Positions 12,201-23,514 of a DNA stretch of 64,000 nucleotides are shown here, piece by piece. A model generated the notes under the pieces. The model saw only the letters and a program-made list of their open reading frames with translations. It made no database searches and was not told the origin of the DNA. The stretch spans positions 310,001 to 374,000 of the forward strand of contig JASANG010003582.1 in NCBI GenBank assembly GCA_030248215.1, given 5' to 3'. The position numbers and the translations under genes were made by a program. The DNA comes from Enoplolaimus lenunculus (lineage: Eukaryota). Each line of letters begins with the position of its first letter. Positions within the stretch are counted from its first letter, which is position 1.

Positions 12201-15200
12201 TTTTAGAACGATTTATAAACGTCATTAAAGTAAAACAAGATATATAATGAATTGAGAAAAGTTCATATCACATCTATGTATTAAAGCTGGAATCATGCAC
12301 ATACGTATTTTGGGCAACTTTCCAGCATTACTTTGTTTACAATGAATTCTTAAATGTTCTGTGAAAAGAATATCTGCGTGAAAATATTTTGCACACGCTA
12401 ACTTTTGCGCATTGCGCAAAACCGGCTGCCTAGTTTCAATTGTGTGGGGAAGAAAGTTAAGAATTGCTCGGTAAAACTTGGTATATACCCACACATTATC
12501 CATTATACCCAGTTAACCCAAAATAACTGCTGCACCCCAATGTGCTGTACAAATTTTTCATAGACCAGGCCGGGCCCGTAGTCAAGGGGGAGCCAGTGGG
12601 CTTCAACCTCCCCCTGGAAAAATTTTGCCCCCCCTCCAGAAAAATTTCAACCTTGCTTATAACACTTTGAAAACCCTTGAATGCCCCTCCTGTAAAATTT
12701 TTAGCCCCTCCTAGCAAGGTGAGCTGGATACGGGCCTGGAGCAGGCAGACCTTCACCAAAAGCAGATTAGATATATAGTACCATTTAAGAAAGCAAATTA
12801 TAATCTACAAGCAATCATAGCTTACATTGGTCTCAATTGTGAATATAACAACGTGTGGCTCTTGAACACTTTCCTGCCACAGTTTTTGAAATTTTCAGCT
12901 TTTGGCATAAATTAGGCTTAGACTTAGGTTAGCGTTTGGATTTAGGCTTAGACTTAGGCGTCTGCTTGTAGACAAGATTTCGGACGCTAATGCTCCAGGG
13001 TGCAACCGGAATTCGGATTCCGATTCCGATTGCGCAATCAATCGGAATCGGAATTTTGAAATTTTAATTTTAATCCTAAATCAACATACTTGTCAATACA
13101 AATTATCCGTACAGTCACAAAATTTCTAGTTCCGATTCCGATTACAATTCCGGTATAAATTTGCTGTTCCGATTTCGGTTGCGGTATAACCCAGTAGCGC
13201 TTTGCACCCTGTCATGTTCCCTGATGTTTGCCAGGTTACATCAAACGGCAGCTCTCGTCTAGTTACTGTCCTTTTAACAAGAACATGAAACATATCCCAT
13301 GCTGTTCAAGTGCTGAGCAATATTTTTCTAGTTTTAACCGCATTACCAAGTTGTTGGTTGATTCACTAATCCAATTTATAAAATTTACATATAGCTAACC
13401 AGTACTGCACTAAAATGTACGAATTTAGTTTACTTTTTAAAGCGTCTTTAAACCACAACGCCGAAAGCCATACTCGTTTGGCAAATCCTTTGACATAGAT
13501 ATTTCCTACCTGATCTGATATTACTTAAGTGTCACCATCAAAACTAAGCAGTTCATATGATCAAGTGAACTATATATATTCTTGCTTCTTAGGTCGTGTT
13601 CTCAAATATGTGTAGCACATATCACCAGTTGGTGCTATATCCTGTAACTTTGGAATCAGCGCATCGTGAGGTTCGAAATTCAGCACATTATTCGCGTTTG
13701 ATTTGCCCCTACTTCTGTACCAATTTTAAGATCTGAAATTGCAGATGTTCGTCAATTTGAAAACCTATCGCTCGCTAACTGATGATAGGTTCTATACGCA
13801 TTTGAGGATATGCGACCTCAAGTCAGTTATATTTAACAAAATAGCTATTTATCGTTAACCTCGCTGCTAACATAACGTTTCCCCCCAAATCATTTTACAG
13901 AACCTGCATTTACATTAAAGATTTGTGCGGAACGGAAAGTGTTCAAGTCCCCAATTGTTTGGAATGCATCAAACAGCCAAGAAACATACCCATTCGAGCA
14001 GCAAGCGCATCAGCAGAAAAACCAGCGAATACAACATTGTGAACGGCGCCAATCCGCGCACTAGCGAGCATAACCACAACTGCCATTGTACACATGGGCA
14101 TATAAATGGTTACGATGTCACCTCTTTGTACATCACATGATTTCAATACGTTTGAGCAACGACATACCATATCTTTCAACTGACTGAAACAATATTGTTC
14201 ATAAACAGCGAACTTTTTCGTTTAATCAAGAGTGCATGACACAAGAGTAGTCAACTCTTGGGGTTCCGTACGGTACGCAATGTACCACAGGGCGGTGTGT
14301 TTTCGCCGACAGCCCTCTTTCTTTTAGGGGGTCGCTGTCATATGCAATACCTCAAAATTAAATTGTAAGCGGAGCATTTTTGATTGTGGATACATAAAGT
14401 GTCACGGTTCGCACAGGTTATACCTCCATAAATAAGGGAAGTGCAGGCCAAAAACGCAACACGTGCCCGGTACATTCTTTCCTATACAATATGTTCCCAG
14501 TTGTATACTCTTGTTGAAGTATGCATCATCCACTCTTGGTTCATATAATTAATCGAAAGAAACAAATCAGTGAACGCTGTAGGCCCGCCGCCCGCTCACC
14601 TTGCTAGGGAGGGTGACTAAACAAATTTCCGGAGGGGGATATCAGGCTTTTCGACGACTTACAAGCAAGGTTGTGTAGGGGGCAAAATTGCTCCAGGGAG
14701 ATGAACACCTCCTGGCCCCTCCTCTGGTTACGGGCGCGAAAAGCAGGCTTCGTATATAAAAACTTCATCCCTCGCTTGTAAAAGTTTAACCCCCAAGTGT
14801 TAAACATGAAAACTCACCGCATAATGCACTTGAAATTATTTTGGGCCTCACTCAACAAGTCGATCTGGCTGCAGGCTTAAATTATGCCAATTAACTTAAA
14901 TACTTGGTTTCGTGTTAGGCTCAATACCAAACTATTTCACGATATGCCTGAATGTTTGATTGCTTTTCAGGCGCCCAAAGTCATTAAAGACGTAACCATA
15001 CGTAACAATTCAAATGCTTTACTGCAGTGACCCGATTAAGAGGGTGGGGGGTAATAAGAGGGGGGTCCACATTTTGAGTCCCTATCAATAGGAGTCCGTA
15101 TCTCTAATAAGAGTTCGTAAGCGAATCGAGTCCCTAAATAGTAATTAGAGTCCATGATGGTCAGTTATTCCTAATTATAGTACATAACTGACTTCAGGAC

Positions 15201-18200
15201 CAAATAAAATTGAGATCGAATCTTTAAGGCGTACTTCAATTTTGAAAGTACATTCCTAAGTATAACCTTGCATGATCGCTCAAGCTATTGACGCAAAACA
15301 AATAAACGTTTAATTCAACGGATAGTTGCAGTACCAGATATGTATCAGTAACGAAGGGTGGCGGAGCGTTGGTTAAAAATAAATAACAGTTCATAACCGA
15401 ATAACAAGGAAGGGGTACCCTCTGGAGAGGCCAAATAAATACAGTCCTCTCCTCTTATTCGGGTCACTACAGTACCTTACCTATAAGTGACCTTCTCTTC
15501 AGTTCCAGGTTCGTCTTTCTCCCAAATGATTGCTGTTTTCTGCGGATTGACCAACGCATGCCGGTCAACACAGTTCTCTACAATAGCACCTGCCTCGGTC
15601 TATTAGTAGACCATGCGAAAGATAACCAAGTGAACCGGTTATGTGAAAATTAGCAAAACTCATAATAATTGGACGTTTTACAATCTGTCACTTTGAACTG
15701 CACGCCATGTCAATATTTACAACAAGTTCGGTAAAGAAGATTTATAAATTTTAATCAATTTTTTTATCTAATTTTCAAATTTCTTCAACTTTACAATGCC
15801 TCTATTTTTTTTAAAATTGCTTACTTGTGTATCTGAAACATTGCCGACAGGCGACACATATGTCACATTGTGCAACTGGATAAAAATGTATATTTCTCCT
15901 TTGTTGTGTTTTAGAATTTCGTAGTAATCTAAACTACGGTCCTACATGTCGCACAGGGTACAAAGTAGAACGGGATTATATCGGAATCGAAATCGGAACC
16001 GCAAATTTATACCGGAAACGGAATCGGAACGACGAATTTTGTGAGGAATCGCAATTGGAACGACAAATGTTGTTGTGACTATTACGGATAATTTGTATTA
16101 AAGAGTACACTTATTGAATTAGGGTGTCTGTTGGCTGGCAACTATTTTAAAAAGATAATCTCTTTTGGTTCTGTTGAGCTAAACTACAATTAATTATTGT
16201 AATTTTCAAAATATAACGATAGTTCTGAGTGTTTAGATGTTGAGTTCGAGAGAACTTTTACGCAATATATCACAACAATGTAAAATTAAAATTAAAATTT
16301 CAAAATTCCGATTCCAACTGATTGTGCAATCAGAATTGGAATCGAAACTCGTTTAAAATCGGACTTCTAATCAGAATCGAAATTCTGGTTGCACCCTGAG
16401 TCGCGCCCCAAAACACCGATTTGTCAAAGTTGGCATCTGGAATGTCCCAATCGAAAACTGTTGCCCCGTCAGAATTTTCAAGAACCGCCACTGAAAAAGT
16501 AGGGCTAAATCTTTCTAAGGTGGAGGCCAATTTATTGTAGGAGGGCAGGCCGATGTCAACTTCGCCGCCCTAAAATCCCAATACCGGTCATAAGGATTTG
16601 AGGTGCAAGCTACAATTTTGATAGAATGAAATGTGGTGGCAGGCAGTGTCGGATCCAGGATCTCAAAATGGGGGGGGGGGCAAAATTTCACAGGTAATTA
16701 ACTTATTTTTGACCCACACACAAACCACGAACTATTGTCACAAAATTGCTATATAATTTTTGTCGAGATGCAGTTGGGGGGCACGGCCGGGGTGGCCCCA
16801 CATGGATCTGCCATTGGTCGTAGGTGGCATAATGGGACGACAGACAGGAAAGTATGCATGGTCTGGAGTGCCGCCCCCTCCTAGGTTTCCGACCGGTTAT
16901 AGGCCCAGAAATGGCAATATTTTTCATGCTTTCTACTCCTCTGACCACATCCGGTTTAAATTCTAGCAACAAAGATTCGACATTTTTCAGTTTAAGTTAC
17001 ATGATGTTAGCAGGGGCCGATCCAGAAAGGGACAGCGCCCCTAAGTCTTTTTGACGAAATAGTAAGGTCTACAAATGTTTATTATTGTGCCACTGAAATT
17101 GCGGCAGGAATCAGTTTGCATTCCGGTAATAGTTCGGGCTGCCCTGAACGACAATTTTCTGAGACGTCCTAGTTGCCAACTGGAGCAAATAGACGTTTTG
17201 GGGAGCACGATATATAAGTAATATACATATAAATATATTATGTATGACACGATATATAAGTAATACACATATAAATATATTATGTATTTAATTACAACGT
17301 TATGTTCCGACGGACTTTATACGCTTACCAGAAACATTCAAACGGCCACCAAGGAACCATTTAAAGTTCATTCTGTCCGCGTCGACACTCATAACCTGAG
17401 CAAACGGATGATGCCAGGATATCCGTGACTTTCCAAGAGCACCCCAAAATCTTTCCGGTTGCGCAATACTGCAAATCGGGCATTACATAATTATGACATT
17501 AACGTTTTTATTTGAGAAAATTATAAACGCACATTGCTATTGCAATTTAAATATACCTCAAATAATCTTTATTTATATTTTAACGTGTGAACGCCCCACA
17601 TACGTATTTTGGGCAAATTTCCAGCATTAATTTGTTTACACCGAAATACTAAAAACATAAACGTTACTGTTCTATGGAACGAAAATCTGCGTGAAGATAT
17701 TAGTGTATTCGCTAACTATTGTGCATTGCGCAAAACCGGCTGCCTAGTACTAAATTATTTGTTAAATTAATATGTATGTGCGTATTAACTAAGCATTGTT
17801 TTACTACCATTACTGAAACCTGTCGACGGCAAAACCAAATGAAACCAAAACAATCCAGAATGCTCTAAAAGCAGGCTCGTAGACAGCTCACCTTGCTACG
17901 TCGGGGGGCTAAAAAATTTTCAGCAGGGGCATTCAAGAGTTTTCGATGAGTTACACGCAAGGTTGAAAACTTTCTAGGGGGGCGCAAGATTTTATAGGGG
18001 GTGAGCCCCACTGGCCCCCCTTGGCATCGGGCCCGTCTAAAAGTGTTCACAATCCTAAAACAAAACGTCAATTGCTTCCGGCATCAAAAAAATTAGAAAT
18101 TACTATAAATTTACCTGAACTCATAGGTATCTTTGTGACTTTGTAAGTCGCTCTGAATCGCAAATATTTCAGGCAATTGGCTGGAAACTGACGCTGAAAG

Positions 18201-19264
18201 TATAAACATAAAAAGCTGTCAACATCAAAATAACTAAAACGCTCTTAAATTCTCAGGATGACTGAAAACGTTTTGTTACTCGACGTTGCTCCTGCTTCGC
18301 TCGAGTACTTCTGGAACAAATTAACATCGCTAAAATGCGTAGATGCGGAACCTGAAAAACACTAAAATCTTTGAAGATTTTCAAATGCCGACTGGCCGTT
18401 CAGTTACAGAAAAAATTCCGTTTCGCAGGCGCAAACCCACTAGCGGATCAAGAGGGGGGATGGGGGGGGGGGGTGTGGCGTACGCCCTCCATCAGAAAAT
18501 TTTTTGTGATAAAATCGTACCCTACCGTACAATTTTTCCACCTCAGAAAATTTTTTGATGATAAAATGATAAGGTCCCTCTACCTTACAATTTTTGCATT
18601 CCATAACATTTGCCACCCCGCCTCCGGTCAGAAATTCGTGCATCCGCCGCTGCGCAAACCTGAATTTCTTCAGGGAGTGGAACCGCCAATGGCCAATCGA
18701 TAAATTAACCGGGGAGACACAAGATATAGTGAAAAAACATCGCGAGCGGAGCGAACTCGAAGATTTGTAATAAAAGTAACCTATTTTGCAGGTTTAGCAA
18801 CGCCAGGCACTACGTAAAGTATAACAACTATATACGCAGGTGTTCAGTTTTTAGGGTTTTAACTATGCAGGTACTTTCAGGGTCAGCCCCACAGCTGGTT
18901 TCAGGGTCGGCCCCACAGATGGTTTCAGGGTGAGCCCCACAAACAAGAAATTTTTGATACTGAGGGCAACATTTCGATAGAGGGCAAACAAAAGTTTCCT
19001 AACATCATAGAATTCGTTTAATGCAGTACAAAAAACATTTTCGTCCAGGGAAGCGAAGCTGTTCTTAGGGGGGGGGGCGGTGCCTTCCACCGTCACCCAC
19101 CGTGGTTGCGAATCTGTTCTAAATCACTTCAGAATTTAACAGTTAACACAAGCCTACGTCAATTATTAATCAAACAGCTTACCGCCGACAACAGTTGATA
19201 CTCGTCGACGTAATGTGTTGCGGATGATACCGGTACACAAGGAACTGAATAATTTGGTCCGCAT
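72..19264 (-). CDS. ACSS1: Acetyl-CoA synthetase (AMP-forming), mitochondrial-type, 16 exons, ~675 aa
   Basis: Exons in transcript order: 19183-19264, 18115-18193, 17329-17468, 15481-15577, 13990-14183, 9454-9629, 8334-8486, 6936-7083, 5875-6012, 5321-5413, 3814-3926, 2854-2980, 2328-2455, 1406-1469, 797-918, 72-245. All GT-AG, phases match, total 2028 nt. Motifs: [72 protein letters not shown]. Arg/Ser-rich, acid-free N-terminus resembles a mitochondrial presequence. Confidence 0.93.
797..918 (-). CDS. ACSS1: ACS exon 15
   Basis: VFAFVSL...[12 protein letters not shown]. Confidence 0.92.
1406..1469 (-). CDS. ACSS1: ACS exon 14
   Basis: [21 protein letters not shown]. Confidence 0.92.
2328..2455 (-). 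CDS. ACSS1: ACS exon 13
   Basis: YYFTGDGA...[23 protein letters not shown]. Confidence 0.95.
2854..2980 (-). CDS. ACSS1: ACS exon 12
   Basis: [16 protein letters not shown]...[13 protein letters not shown]. Confidence 0.93.
3444..3533 (+). repeat. Compound (AAAC)n/(AACT)n microsatellite
   Basis: Directly visible. Confidence 0.95.
3814..3926 (-). CDS. ACSS1: ACS exon 11
   Basis: ETGGICIAP...[14 protein letters not shown]. Confidence 0.93.
4235..4570. mobile_element. P/Galileo-like MITE with double TIR (CAAGAGT...), 7-bp TSD
   Basis: Outer CAAGAGT..ATGAT and inner CAAGAGTGTGCAAC inverted repeats; TSD gttatag. Confidence 0.72.
4869..5129 (+). mobile_element. Telomere-repeat MITE, subfamily A (Merlin-like)
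   Basis: TIR GGCCAATGTTACTTTAAGGGCGT...ACGTCCCTTAAAGTAACATGGGTC; internal (CCTAAG)n arrays; 20-bp flanking duplication. Confidence 0.85.
5321..5413 (-). CDS. ACSS1: ACS exon 10
   Basis: [13 protein letters not shown]...VDTWWQT. Confidence 0.95.
5875..6012 (-). CDS. ACSS1: ACS exon 9
   Basis: RYWETV...[11 protein letters not shown]...LRVLGS. Confidence 0.95.
6936..7083 (-). CDS. ACSS1: ACS exon 8
   Basis: [21 protein letters not shown]. Confidence 0.95.
8334..8486 (-). CDS. ACSS1: ACS exon 7 (P-loop)
   Basis: [27 protein letters not shown]. Confidence 0.95.
8843..9043. mobile_element. TA-flanked foldback MITE (TIR CACTG..AAAAATGG)
   Basis: Long imperfect inverted repeat with GAGTCGAATTGACTC sub-repeats. 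Confidence 0.68.
9454..9629 (-). CDS. ACSS1: ACS exon 6
   Basis: [20 protein letters not shown]. Confidence 0.92.
9875..10059 (+). mobile_element. Telomere-repeat MITE, subfamily A
   Basis: Same TIRs, internal (CCTAAG)n; ~77-bp flanking direct repeat. Confidence 0.85.
10356..10475 (+). mobile_element. Telomere-repeat MITE, subfamily A (internally deleted)
   Basis: TIRs; perfect 8-bp TSD gacagtgg. Confidence 0.85.
10629..10742 (+). mobile_element. Telomere-repeat MITE, subfamily B
   Basis: GGCCAATGTCAAGAAC...GATCTTTGCATGGGCC; perfect TSD aaaatcgt. Confidence 0.85.
12273..12433 (+). mobile_element. Non-autonomous Helitron-like element
   Basis: A|TC start, palindrome TTTTGCGCATTGCGCAAAA 8 nt before CTAG|T; second copy ~17566-17747. 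Confidence 0.7.
12571..12738. mobile_element. hAT-like ~165-bp MITE (TIR C(A/G)GGCCCGTAGCCAG)
   Basis: TSD gaccaggc/gagcaggc; related copies at ~14580-14738, 17872-18035, ~20106-20269, 22562-22722, ~26046-26210, ~45992-46128, 59660-59822. Confidence 0.82.
12977..13211. mobile_element. hAT-like MITE (TIR CAGGGTGCAA) with ATTCCG/CCGG subterminal repeats
   Basis: TIR pair, degenerate 8-bp TSD; relatives at 15954-16399, 48788+, 50054-50432. Confidence 0.7.
13990..14183 (-). CDS. ACSS1: ACS exon 5
   Basis: [10 protein letters not shown]...[19 protein letters not shown]. Confidence 0.93.
14227..14538. mobile_element. P/Galileo-like MITE copy
   Basis: Same termini and internal sequence; TSD degenerate. 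Confidence 0.7.
15022..15472. mobile_element. Tc1/mariner-type ~440-bp MITE (TIR CTGTAGTGACCCGAATAAGAGG, TA TSD)
   Basis: TA-flanked TIRs; multi-copy. Confidence 0.85.
15481..15577 (-). CDS. ACSS1: ACS exon 4
   Basis: [31 protein letters not shown]. Confidence 0.92.
17329..17468 (-). CDS. ACSS1: ACS exon 3
   Basis: IAQPERFWG...[16 protein letters not shown]-terminal domain. Confidence 0.92.
17566..17747 (+). mobile_element. Non-autonomous Helitron-like element, second copy
   Basis: Homologous to 12273-12433, ends GCATTGCGCAAAACCGGCTGCCTAG|T. Confidence 0.68.
17872..18035. mobile_element. hAT-like ~165-bp MITE
   Basis: Perfect 8-bp TSD tctaaaag. Confidence 0.85.
18115..18193 (-). CDS. ACSS1: ACS exon 2
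   Basis: [26 protein letters not shown]; tttcag acceptor, gtaaa donor. Confidence 0.8.
18438..18652. mobile_element. hAT-like MITE (CAGTGGCGGAT-type termini)
   Basis: Perfect TSD cgcaaacc; similar termini at 16644, 20624-21002, 21234. Confidence 0.78.
18875..18942 (+). repeat. 24-bp tandem repeat x~3
   Basis: tttcagggtcagccccacagctgg. Confidence 0.85.
19183..19264 (-). CDS. ACSS1: ACS exon 1 (start codon, putative mitochondrial targeting peptide)
   Basis: [27 protein letters not shown], donor G|gtaag, phase matches next exon. Confidence 0.78.
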
Positions 19265-22200
19265 TCCAGCCGCTGTTTAGTTAATAATTACATAATATAA
19301 ACTATGACAGCCAAAGTTTCCCAATATCAATAATGCTACCTACACCCAAAATAAATTGTGTTATATTCGAGCAATATTGTCTGAAATTTAAGACAATTAT
19401 ATCTTAATACGGAATTCAGACATATATGTCTTGAATTCCAGTATTTTATTTCTTAAATGTTTCAGCACTATGGATCTGTAATTTTTCACACTTAAAAGTC
19501 TAAAAAGCGTTGTTTCATGACCGATTAAGACAAATATTTCTGAAATATAAGGCAACTACGCCTGAAATACAAGATAATTAGTTTCCAGGGAAACGACTCC
19601 AAAATTGGGCCCTAAAGCGCAACAAAGTACGCTAATTATATTTTACAACCTAAGGTATGTCATGAATGCAATTTGACCTCGAACGCCAACACGAGCAAGA
19701 AGTTTGACGTAATTTTAATATGATATCCATTTGCCAACAGTCTCAAAATGTTCAGGACGGTGCTTCGTCCCCCTCCCAACCTCCCGGTGGGTGGGGCCCT
19801 AAAAATTGGTAACGATGTTGAAAAACAAAATCGACTTTATTAAACGAGTGGCTTCATAAGCGGACGTTTTTTAACAAGTTTGACTACAAAATATTGTTTG
19901 GCTTTTCGTTCGCTTCGCTCGCTAAATTTTCTAATTACGTATAGCACTAATTACCAAAATGAACCTACGCATTTTTTAATCTGAACGGCTTGGAATATTC
20001 TATTATTAAATAATCACTAATATCGAGGGACAATTAAACAACTACGTACCCAATCTATGACCAATGGTCTGTTTCCGTCCTGAGAAGCAGAACCGTCCCC
20101 AAAAATACGCCCGTAGCCAGCTCACTTTGCTAGGGGGGTGCTAAAAATTTTCAAGGAGGGGCATTCAAAGGTTTTCAATGAGTTACAAGCAAGGTTGAAA
20201 ATTCTCTAAGGGGGTCGCCAAAATTTTTCCACGGGAGACTGAGAAGCCCGCCCCCCTGGCTACCGGCCCGCCAAAACCTCGGAAAAACGTCACTTTCTTC
20301 CAGTGTATGAAACTCCTGACTTACCTTTTGATTATTTTTACCTATTTTTCTTGCCAAACAACCTGTTTTCGTTTTGGCACCCAATGTTTTAAAAACGATC
20401 TCAAAGCGCACCGGCCTATCACGCCGTCAAAACAAACAAAGAGAAACATCGAATTATAAACAGCGAAAAGTTTAACAATAAACGTACATAACACATTGAT
20501 GAAGGGTAGTAGTTGCCAGAAAATATTTACGATAAAAAGCCAATGACAGCTTCATGGGAGACCACCCACGCCATGCTCCACTACCCTCACCCGCAACACG
20601 AGGATTAAAAACTTTTCATTAAGCAGTGGCGGATCCAGGATCTCAAAATGGGGGGCAAAATTTCACAGGTAATAAACTTACTTTTGACCCACACACAAAC
20701 CACGAACTATTGTCACAAAATTGCTAAGTATATAATTTTTGTCGAGATGCTGTTGGGGGGGCTACGGCCGGGGTTTTTTCACCATTACATATCACGAGCC
20801 CCCCACAAGGGAAGGGAGTCCATGCGGGGAGGAATTGGGGACCGTGCGCCTCCAAATTTACATGGTATCTCCGCAAATAGACTTATGCAAAATGTAAACA
20901 ATGCAATTATAGGAGGCCTGCAAAACTACTCGGTGCCCCCAAAATATACGTTTCTGCAGACGACACTGTTCTCCCCGTTAGAAATTTCTGAATCCGCCAC
21001 TGAAAAAAGCTGTACACGAGACTTGTGTATGAAAATTTTCAACAGACAGCAATGTTTTACTACTCTGTACTACAGCAAAAAAAACAACCACGAGTAAGAA
21101 CTAGTTTTACGTACAGCTGACACAGCTGTAGTTCCCATTAGAAATAAAAGTAAAGAACAGGGGCGGAACAGTATTATAAGCATATTCGCAAGCTTAAGGG
21201 TAAGCCTAAGCCTAATTCTGAGCGTAAGAATGACAGTGGCGGATCCAGGATCTCAAAATGGGGGGGGGCAAAATTCCACAGGTAAATTTTTTTGACCTAG
21301 ACTGTAGTGACCCAAATAAGAGGGGGTCCCCATTTTGACTCCCAATTAATAGGAGTCCGTATCCCTAAGAGTCCGTAAGCGTGCAGAGTCCTTAAACCCA
21401 TGTTAGAGTTTATGTCTATCATCCCTAATTGTAGCGCATAAATGACTCCAGGGCAAATAAAGGCGAGTTTAAAACTTTAAAGCGTGCTTATACTATCGTG
21501 TATAAAACAGAGAAATAAAACATCGTAGAACAGCAATTGACACCTCGGCCTAAGCCTAAGCCCATCATAAAAATGAGTCTAAAGCTTAAGCTTTACTCTG
21601 TTCACAGAAAAACGTTCCGCCCCTGATCTTTGCATTGGCAGACGTGTTGTTTGTCCATCAATATAACTGGTTCACAATTAACGTAAACAGAACTGGTGCC
21701 TGTTGAGAGTAACACTGTTCGTTCCAGATTTTTGGGTTACCTTCCCGACCTGGATGTGTTAAAACAGTTATCCCATTTTGAAAAAAGTGGGTGTCGTTTC
21801 GGTTATCACTCAAGCCCGCGTTTGTTCAAATATGGTTTGAACTTCTCATGGTTTCTCCTGATCATCCCGCGCCTAAATTTAAGAGTTTTTTCTCATAAAA
21901 AACATTAAACATACCATTCGATTCTGCTTGCAGAACTAGGTCGAACGGTGTTAAATTCACCGCACTCAGATGGTTGGTTCACAAGTTTAGTAAATAACTA
22001 ATTTGATGCGCTGCCAACGATTTGGGACGGCTCGAAGTCAGTTATTTGACTATAATTCGTTAACCAATCGTCTGATTGCGGAAAATTTAGCACCATTCGA
22101 CTCAGATCCGCAAGCTCCGTCGAATGGTATGTAAAGTGCTTAACTATTGAAGTAGTTATATTACCACATGGGGGTGTTATAACTTACTTAGTGACAAAAA

Positions 22201-22561
22201 CATATTTTGAGTCCCAAGGGGGACATTGTGACACTTAAAAACGAGTTTTTCAAAAATTCCAATTTGGGCGTCCAATGATCAGGGGAGGACATGAGAAGCT
22301 CAAAAATGCAAAAAAATTTTAAATCCAACGATCTTTATACGGGTTGAGGGATAACGGAAGAAACCCAAAAGTTGCATGTGTAAAAGTTCTCCAGATCTCA
22401 TGACAGGCGGATCCAAATATTTGTCACGGGAAGCGGTTTGACAAATGTTATGAAACGCAAAAATTGTATGGTAGGGACCGTATTATTTTATCACCGAAAA
22501 ATTTTTTACGGGAAAAAACTGTGTTTTCTGCAAAATCAGTTCAGGGTTACGATGTGGTACC

Positions 22562-22722
22562 CACGCCCGTAGCCAGCTCACCTTGCTAGGGGTGCTAAAA
22601 CCTTTTTCGGAGAGGCATTCGAGCGTTTTTAATAACTTGCAAACAAGGTGGAAAATTTTCTAGGGGAGACAAAATTTTTCCAGCGAAGCTGAGCCCCCTG
22701 CTCCCCCTTGACTACGGGCACG
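22562..22722. mobile_element. hAT-like ~165-bp MITE
   Basis: Perfect 8-bp TSD gtggtacc. Confidence 0.85.
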
Positions 22723-23196
22723 GTGGTACCTACAGGGAAACTTAACAATGTATATGCTTTTCTGTACGTTTTCAGACGGGATTTGAACGGGTTCCGCGTA
22801 CTTACAACCGATTTTAACAGTAGGGAATTGTTTCAAACACGCCATTTTAACCACTTACCGCATTTCAAACTACATCTTTCTAAAACCATTTCTGTCTACC
22901 ACGGAGAAACTCTAAAACAGAATACTTAGCGTAGGCTAAACGCTGTTAAATGCATTTTTACGATCCGTCGATACGGTCTTTGTTTAAAACGCGAAAAGCG
23001 CATTGTATTTTTTGACACGATACGTTTTAGCTACCCCGCCTACGTCTGGTTCAAAATAGTCTGGTCACAAAAAAATAGTTTTATGTTTAATCTTATCATT
23101 ATTTCTCATCGGAACTATAAATTTTCTTCCTACTTTAAACTGTCAGAGCATCACAAGTTTTGCTACAACTATTGTACATGCGCGTTTTGGGTTTAT

Positions 23197-23514
23197 CAAG
23201 AGTGCATGATACATGAGTGTGCAAATCTTGCGTTTGCCGTGTGGTACAAAATGTACCAGTCGGCGTTGTCGTTTTTGACTGACACCCCTTGTTTAGAGGG
23301 GGGCTCGGTGTTACATGCAATAACCCTAAATTAGACTGTGGAGCAACTTTTGATGCCGGGTACATAAAGTGTCATGGTTCGCACAGGTTATACCTCCCTG
23401 GCCCCCATCTAAATAAAGGGGAGTAGGGTAAAAGCGCACGTGCCGGGTACATTGTTTTCTACACAGAATGTACCCATTGCATAGTCTTGTTGAAGTATGC
23501 ATCAGCCGCTCTTG
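23197..23514. mobile_element. P/Galileo-like MITE copy
   Basis: TSD ggtttat/gctttat. Confidence 0.72.

Noticed and set aside
20648..21097. 149-aa ORF
   Set aside because: Largely inside a repeated hAT-like element; no recognisable domain.
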